From: a virus
Length of the DNA: 64,000 bases
IMG/VR virus record: IMGVR_UViG_3300046810_000466
Location: 1 to 64,000 of that record
Strand: one strand, 5' to 3'
In this document: piece by piece, positions 58,840 through 64,000 of the stretch
Numbering within the stretch: position 1 is the stretch's first letter
Layout of the letters: each line of letters opens with the position of its first letter
Notes under the pieces: generated by a model
Databases searched by the model: none
What the model saw: the letters and a program-made list of their open reading frames with translations, nothing else
Told to the model about the DNA's origin: nothing
Position numbers and translations under genes: made by a program

Positions 58840-60041
58840 GGGAATAATTCTCCTAAGATGTCTGTGGCCGCATCCATGATCTGCCCCGACGCACCCTCAC
58901 TCGCGATGCGTTCCAGGATAAGACCTGAGATGTTTTCGCGGGTAATGGTAATCGGTACGAACTTGATGTCAGCTTCAGCCAGAGGAGCTAAGGCTTTTTC
59001 TTTATCCCGAACAGGATCTTTCGCAAAGAACAACAGCGGCGCAATGCGAATCAAACTATCCATATTCGTGAAGATCGGGTGGTTGCTTTCTGCCCGTATC
59101 CTGACGTGTGAGAAATCTGGCAGTTGGTCAACGTACTCCCGAATAAACGAGAGTGTATCTTCCAGTGACTTACCACTCACATTCAGAGTATTGAACCTCA
59201 TGGCGTTGGTATTCTCGATGAAACGAATTTCCCAAGCGCCGTCTGGCTGATACTTTGCCCGCATGTGCCCCTTAGGGGTTTCATAGCCATGCCCCAAGCG
59301 ATCAAACGAACCTTGCACGTAGATACGCTCAAAGCTCTTGTGCCCGTGGTCGTGGCCGATGAATGTGTTGTGTTTCACTATAGCGAGGTATTCAGCCTCA
59401 TCATGCGCTACAGTATTATCAACATACGGGATTTGGAACTTAAACAAGCCATGCATGATCGCATGGTCCACTTGGTCTATGCCACGAGCACGCATCAGAT
59501 CTTTCACTGATCGCAGCGTTGCTGCTGCGCCGCCAGGCAGTTCGTCAGGCACGTACAGGACGTGGATGTCAAACTCTGGCATGTACTCGATGTCAAGCTG
59601 TTCGATGTACTTCAGATCCGCATCAATGTTGTTGATGCGGTTTTCCATCTCGAAGTAGCCCGACTGTTTCCGATCGTGCCCTGGGGTACCTTCCAAGACA
59701 CGCAATTTGATGTTGTACTTCTTGCACAGGTTCAGAAGGTAGTTCACCCAATGCTTGATGCCGTCGATGTCTTCGTCGTTGAACATCAACACGTCATCGA
59801 AGACGTCGCCAGCGACGAAGATAATGTCCAGGCTAGCTGTTTCAGCTGTATCGGGGAATGCATTAAAGAGGTTCTGTACAATCCTTGCTGCGGGGTTTTT
59901 ATTGTGCCCCAGATGGATGTCACTAATAACGGCGTAATACAAACCACCGTTCTTACCGTATCCGATTTCCTGAAGGCTCTCCGCTAAGGCGGTCTTAGCA
60001 GAGGGAATCGAATTCGGAGCTATCGCGGGCAATGTCGACAT
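58788..60041 (-). CDS. sbcD: Mre11/SbcD-like metallophosphoesterase nuclease (phiKZ gp65-like)
   Basis: SDIHLG, AGDVFD, LEGTPGHD, MHG, IGHDH and QGSFDR motifs. Likely start at 60041 or slightly downstream; the longer track start overlaps the upstream gene. Confidence 0.85.
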   Translation of the reverse strand: MSTLPAIAPNSIPSAKTALAESLQEIGYGKNGGLYYAVISDIHLGHNKNPAARIVQNLFNAFPDTAETASLDIIFVAGDVFDDVLMFNDEDIDGIKHWVNYLLNLCKKYNIKLRVLEGTPGHDRKQSGYFEMENRINNIDADLKYIEQLDIEYMPEFDIHVLYVPDELPGGAAATLRSVKDLMRARGIDQVDHAIMHGLFKFQIPYVDNTVAHDEAEYLAIVKHNTFIGHDHGHKSFERIYVQGSFDRLGHGYETPKGHMRAKYQPDGAWEIRFIENTNAMRFNTLNVSGKSLEDTLSFIREYVDQLPDFSHVRIRAESNHPIFTNMDSLIRIAPLLFFAKDPVRDKEKALAPLAEADIKFVPITITRENISGLILERIASEGASGQIMDAATDILGELFPWTTTKSTTLIPQMNVH

Positions 60042-60597
60042 TGGCAGGCTGGGTACTTTGTGTGGCGTTGGTTGGGATCGGTTCGCGACCGTAGCGTTTG
60101 TAGATCTCGTTCCAGCGGCCGATGTTTTCCGAGTTGTCGATGTCCTTGTTGAACATGAACGAACGGCGGTCCATCTCGTTGGCCATGTAGTTCTCGGCCG
60201 CAGCGGCACCACGTGGCGCATGCATACGGGCGGTCATCAACATGTCGGTGACGCTTGGCATCGTGGCGGCTTTGCCGGTGCCGTCCAATGGATTGATAGC
60301 GGCTTGGGTGAAGAAAGGCGGAACGACGAACAGTTCGGCACCTTTCATATCGACCACAGTGACTTCGTTGAACGGACCGCGCGCCAGGTTAAACCACATC
60401 TCTGGCGTGATTGGCGTGCTGGTGTTGGGGTTGACCTCGCCGCAGAACATCGGCAAGAAGATGTTCACGAAGTAGTCTTCGCGCAGGTGAACACGGTTAG
60501 CGGTCGACGTGGTCAGATCGTGGGATACTTCCTTGATCATGTCGAACAGGGATTGTTCAGCCATGGACATGGGGGCTTGAGTGGCTTGAGTGTTCAT
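59995..60597 (-). CDS. Conserved core hypothetical protein (gp64-like)
   Basis: 200 aa with a GAGG RBS. 'EDYFVNIFLPMF...WFNLARGPFNEVTVVD...LFVVPP...WNEIYKRYG'. Confidence 0.55.
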   Translation of the reverse strand: MNTQATQAPMSMAEQSLFDMIKEVSHDLTTSTANRVHLREDYFVNIFLPMFCGEVNPNTSTPITPEMWFNLARGPFNEVTVVDMKGAELFVVPPFFTQAAINPLDGTGKAATMPSVTDMLMTARMHAPRGAAAAENYMANEMDRRSFMFNKDIDNSENIGRWNEIYKRYGREPIPTNATQSTQPANVDIARDSSEFDSLC

Positions 60598-60612
60598 CTT
60601 GGTTTCCTCGAA

Positions 60613-61029
60613 TTAATTGGCACTGCCTGTATTATTAAGCTTCGTAATTTTTTCAAATTTGCCATCGATCAATGACAGCAAATGTGAGACATCGTAACGC
60701 TCGCCGCCTTGGGTTACCAAGGCCGACAACATGATCTTGACACGGTTCGATGGATTGGTTTCGGTATCATCTTCAACGTTCACCACGACAACGTCGTAGT
60801 AACGGCCCAGATACCGCTCCAGGGTCGTGCGAATGCTTTCCTTCAGCCGCGGGATATCATTGCCTGCTTGCTGGATCAGGATGGACAGATTGGCGATCGA
60901 GCCGTTATACAGATAGCTCTGGTTCGCATCTGATGCAAAGAAGTGTGCGATCAGGGTGTCTGTCTTTTCAACGATCGAATAGATCAGTCCTTTGGCGGAC
61001 AATGTTGGGACTGGTTTCACGTTATTCAT
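60613..61029 (-). CDS. Conserved core hypothetical protein (gp62-like)
   Basis: 138 aa with a GGAGG RBS. 'VPTLSAKG...SDANQS...LERYLGRYY'. Confidence 0.55.
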   Translation of the reverse strand: MNNVKPVPTLSAKGLIYSIVEKTDTLIAHFFASDANQSYLYNGSIANLSILIQQAGNDIPRLKESIRTTLERYLGRYYDVVVVNVEDDTETNPSNRVKIMLSALVTQGGERYDVSHLLSLIDGKFEKITKLNNTGSAN

Positions 61030-61085
61030 ACTACCCTCCTCGGTGTCAGGCTACGATATGCAAAAAAAGATACATAACATCACGA

Positions 61086-61116
61086 CCTGCCTACCGCCTT
61101 GTGAGCGGTAGGCAGG
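61086..61116 (-). terminator. Intrinsic terminator
   Basis: CCTGCCTACCGC-N7-GCGGTAGGCAGG, followed by TATG...T7 on the minus strand. Confidence 0.65.
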
Positions 61117-61124
61117 CGCGACTA

Positions 61125-61760
61125 TTACAACATATCGTTTTCTGGCGAGGATGGGTCCAGCAAGCTATGCTTCAACGAGTAGCGCAGGCGTTCCCAAGTA
61201 TTGGTAATTGCCTTCTGCTCATGGAAGTCCAGCTCCCGGTCACCTTCGAACAGTTCTTCGACATACACTTCAAACTTCCAGCCACCGTCCGGTTGTTCTT
61301 CGGTTGGTGCCGTGGTCTGAAGCATGCCGTTCATTACACGCCGGTAATTGTAATCCTGATCCCCAATCTTGCCTGGGAAAGGATCAACGTAACTACCAGC
61401 ATAGCCGTTGCATTGGCCATTGTGATACATTTGCCGCAGCGTAGGCTCCGACATCACATACCGCTGCATGATCAAGCCGGCCTGCTGGATGTCATACATC
61501 GACTCCAGATCACTGATCTTATCGGATTGGAAGTAATTCTTCACCTTGGACAGCGCTGCACGTGCATGACGCAACGCACCATCGCTGTGATAAGTCTCGT
61601 ACGAGGTGAGCACATTCTGGGCGAACTGGCTACCCGTGGTCTGAATGTAACTCCCCAATACGCTGGCCTGCTCTTTCATGAACTGCAGCATGGACGGATG
61701 TGGTTCACCAGCAGTGAACAAGTTCAACTCCCGTTCACCACCGAACATCACCGTTGCCAT
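61125..61760 (-). CDS. Conserved core protein (phiKZ gp59/Imp3-like)
   Basis: 211 aa with an AAGGAG RBS. 'MQRYVMSEP...GYAGSYVD...YNYRRVMNG...ITNTW...DPSSP'. Follows beta'N as in phiKZ. Confidence 0.55.
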   Translation of the reverse strand: MATVMFGGERELNLFTAGEPHPSMLQFMKEQASVLGSYIQTTGSQFAQNVLTSYETYHSDGALRHARAALSKVKNYFQSDKISDLESMYDIQQAGLIMQRYVMSEPTLRQMYHNGQCNGYAGSYVDPFPGKIGDQDYNYRRVMNGMLQTTAPTEEQPDGGWKFEVYVEELFEGDRELDFHEQKAITNTWERLRYSLKHSLLDPSSPENDML

Positions 61761-61786
61761 AATACTCCTTCCTTTTTTGGTACTAC

Positions 61787-63322
61787 TTAGGCTGCATCAG
61801 GGATCAATTCCATCCGTTTAAGAATCGTTGGGTCCGGAGGCAGAGTAGGTGCTGCTTCCAGAAGATTCGCGACAGTGGAGATCCATGGTTTGGTTTTGGC
61901 CAGATTGCCTGAGATGGTACGCGGGACCGACGTGGACATGGTGCTCTTGTAAGGAGCCATTGCTTCGAATCGTTCTGCCATGTAATCGTCAACCAACAAC
62001 GTGCCATTCATTTCGTCGCCGTCGAAGTCCGCGTTGAAGCCGCGCACCGTCAGGATCGACATCGACACGGTCTGGTCAGCCGTATCGGTTTTCACTTTCG
62101 TGATGTAGAACAACTGCATCGAACCTAAGCCCAAGCTCGGGTTACGTTGGAACACCACCGGCAGACCCATGTACTTCGATTCTGCGATGAGTTCCTGGAA
62201 CAGCTCGTCGATCAACGGGTTGTAGTCCGTCGCATAACGAGACAAGAACCGGAAGATCTCGTTGGGTAGCCAGCCACGGCGCTTCAGCTTTGCTGCCAAA
62301 TGCTGCCGCAACAAACCAACCGACACACCCCACGGCGTATGCAACTCGCGGTGATAATGGTCTTCAGTCAACGATGTGATCACAGCACGGAACGACCAAT
62401 CGCAGCGCGTCGCCACCAAGTGCTTACGCGAAATACCTTCCTTGGACGAGAAGGTCTTCTTGTTGAAGTCCTGGTAGTACGTTGCCAACTGTGCCAATGC
62501 CCGCACGAAACGGTTTTGACGGACGATTGCTGTGTAGCCATTCAGCGGATCATCCAGACCAATCAGCGAATCGATCGCATCCACAGCGAGTGGCACGTTC
62601 GAATCCACATAAATGGCCATGTCCGTATCTTCGACTACCAGCAACGTTTTGTTGGGCAGTGCGAGATAGTTCGAGAAAATCTTGTTACGGTTCTCATCCA
62701 GCAATCGCAGGATGTGGTGCACTTCGTTCGGGTTGTCCTGCTTCTTCTTGCGGAAGTCACTGATGGTCAGCAGCTTCTCAATGATGCCAGGGCCGATCTG
62801 GAGACCAGTCTTAGGATCAATGGTTGCAAAGAAGTTCTTAACGAAGTAGTTATACCCCCGTGTGATATCCAGCGACAGCAATTGCTGGAAGATCTTCGGT
62901 GGCTTATCCGGCGTGGGATACTTCGTATCGCACAACCAGTGAATAACGTTGAAGCGACCCTTCTTGAAGTGGTTCGACAAGATCGTCCAAATAATCGGAT
63001 AGATCAAGCGCTCCACACCAGTTGGTTGTTTCAACCACACCAACGACTCCAGCTTCTGATCCCGGATGTTCATCACAGGCTTGTTGCAGGAATCGCAGAT
63101 TACACCAAGAAAACGCTTGCCTTCCAAGCCACCCGACACACACTCACAACGTGGTTTGTTGGTGAGCATATCCGACGGCTGGTACCGAGTGAAGATCTTA
63201 TCGCGGAAAGCTTTACGTTCTTCCTCGGTATACCCTTGGAAGTGATTGACGATGACCGGATCGGTTCGCGACTGACGGAAAAACAAATCGTCGTGGCTAA
63301 TGACGCGAAGGTAAGTACCTAT
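61787..63322 (-). CDS. rpoC: Non-virion RNA polymerase beta' N-terminal catalytic subunit (phiKZ gp55/56.1-like), uninterrupted
   Basis: Zn finger CECVSG...CDSC, 'KEGISRKH', 'FRAVITS', 'QRNPSL', and catalytic NADFDGDE. The start is probably ATA at 63322 (see findings); the track start is TTG at 63340. Confidence 0.9.
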   Translation of the reverse strand: MGTYLRVISHDDLFFRQSRTDPVIVNHFQGYTEEERKAFRDKIFTRYQPSDMLTNKPRCECVSGGLEGKRFLGVICDSCNKPVMNIRDQKLESLVWLKQPTGVERLIYPIIWTILSNHFKKGRFNVIHWLCDTKYPTPDKPPKIFQQLLSLDITRGYNYFVKNFFATIDPKTGLQIGPGIIEKLLTISDFRKKKQDNPNEVHHILRLLDENRNKIFSNYLALPNKTLLVVEDTDMAIYVDSNVPLAVDAIDSLIGLDDPLNGYTAIVRQNRFVRALAQLATYYQDFNKKTFSSKEGISRKHLVATRCDWSFRAVITSLTEDHYHRELHTPWGVSVGLLRQHLAAKLKRRGWLPNEIFRFLSRYATDYNPLIDELFQELIAESKYMGLPVVFQRNPSLGLGSMQLFYITKVKTDTADQTVSMSILTVRGFNADFDGDEMNGTLLVDDYMAERFEAMAPYKSTMSTSVPRTISGNLAKTKPWISTVANLLEAAPTLPPDPTILKRMELIPDAA

Positions 63323-63388
63323 GACATTCTCCTTTGGCAAGAAGGAATAAAAAACAATTACTCTCTTTGACGCTCTCCGTAAAGAAAA

Positions 63389-63418
63389 AAAAGTGAAGCC
63401 CTTGCGGACTCCACTTTT
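63389..63418 (-). terminator. Terminator after chmA
   Basis: Imperfect AAGTG...CACTT stem, followed by a T-run on the minus strand. Confidence 0.45.
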
Positions 63419-63440
63419 CTCGTTTACGAGTTAACCGCGA

Positions 63441-64000
63441 TTAGTACTTGCGGGTATGCGTCATGCCGCGGTAGCCGCCGCCGCTGTACGAGCTGCCGCC
63501 GGTGGTGTACATACCGGAGGTGAAGTTCGTCATCAGGGCGCCCGATTGCGCCAGGCCAGCAGCGTGACGGATCTGCAGGCGTGCGTCTTCACGGGACATG
63601 TCGTTACGCAGCTTCAGGCCGGTGTCGGTGATCGCACGGTCCAGGCTGCTCAGGAAATCAGCAGTGAAGGACTTGTGGATTGCGATGCCGGTGAAGGTGA
63701 CGTTGGACACGACCGATTCGATCAGCTTCGCACGTGCTGCCAGTTGTGCGTCGCTGCTGCCGCCGAAGGTAGCCATCCACTTCTTGCCGATGTCCGGGTC
63801 TTGATGACCGTCGCGGTTCAGCAGGTACAGCATGTCGATGATGCGGATGTCTTTCATCACACCGTGGTCATCGATGAAGTAGCCCATCAGCACGCGTTCC
63901 ATACGCGGCACGGTGATCAGGCGCGAATGGGTGGTGTTGAAGATGGCGCTGAAGCGGCCGTCGGTCAGGCCGTCGGCTGCCTTAACGATGGCTTGATGTG
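63441..64000 (-). CDS. chmA: Chimallin (major phage nuclear shell protein), C-terminal part
   Basis: Frame is open to the right edge: ...AIVKAADGLTDGRFSAIF...MGYFIDDHGVMKDIRIIDMLYLLN...F...FLSSLDRAI..., with a Gly/Tyr-rich tail. Strong codon bias. Lies immediately upstream of nvRNAP beta'N, as in Chimalliviridae. Confidence 0.8.
   Translation of the reverse strand, partial: HQAIVKAADGLTDGRFSAIFNTTHSRLITVPRMERVLMGYFIDDHGVMKDIRIIDMLYLLNRDGHQDPDIGKKWMATFGGSSDAQLAARAKLIESVVSNVTFTGIAIHKSFTADFLSSLDRAITDTGLKLRNDMSREDARLQIRHAAGLAQSGALMTNFTSGMYTTGGSSYSGGGYRGMTHTRKY

Noticed and set aside
60042-60221. N-terminal 60-aa extension of the SbcD-like ORF in the track
   Set aside because: It overlaps the upstream 200-aa gene in another frame and has shadow-like composition. 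A start at or after 60041 is more plausible.
39621-63322. Cellular rpoB/rpoC operon or prophage in a bacterial chromosome
   Set aside because: The RNAP subunits are split and highly divergent and sit among phiKZ-like virion genes. There are no ribosomal or housekeeping genes and no integrase.

Overview
This window is a 64-kb segment of a nucleus-forming phiKZ-like jumbo phage (Chimalliviridae), about 50-55% GC by eye, with about 52 genes, mostly on the minus strand. Reading right to left (the main direction of transcription), it contains the following. (1) The conserved 'phage nucleus' core block: the C-terminal part of chimallin (ChmA), the non-virion RNAP beta'N subunit (NADFDGD), a Mre11/SbcD nuclease, a ChmC-like protein, a gp68-like nvRNAP subunit, PicA/Imp1, nvRNAP betaC and beta'C, and an SF2 helicase. 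(2) A DarG-like macrodomain, a virion RNAP beta' piece and the exonuclease/motif-A half of a split family-B DNA polymerase. (3) Inner-head and baseplate structural genes collinear with phiKZ ~gp84-gp101. (4) A ~16-kb accessory receptor-binding locus. This locus is built from repeated [small adapter gene + fiber with a shared N-terminal anchor] cassettes. It includes a 2053-aa protein with ~34 Asp-box repeats arranged in 7-repeat blocks, two paralogous 'stalk-and-knob' proteins whose N- and C-arm repeat counts match exactly (6/6 and 4/4), and a secreted HEXXH protease gene flanked by its own hairpins. Intergenic GC-rich hairpins, often flanked by GCATA/TATGC, punctuate the window. I found no tRNA, rRNA, CRISPR array, intron or IS element. 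phiKZ gp-number equivalences rest on gene order, size and remembered motifs, not on database searches.
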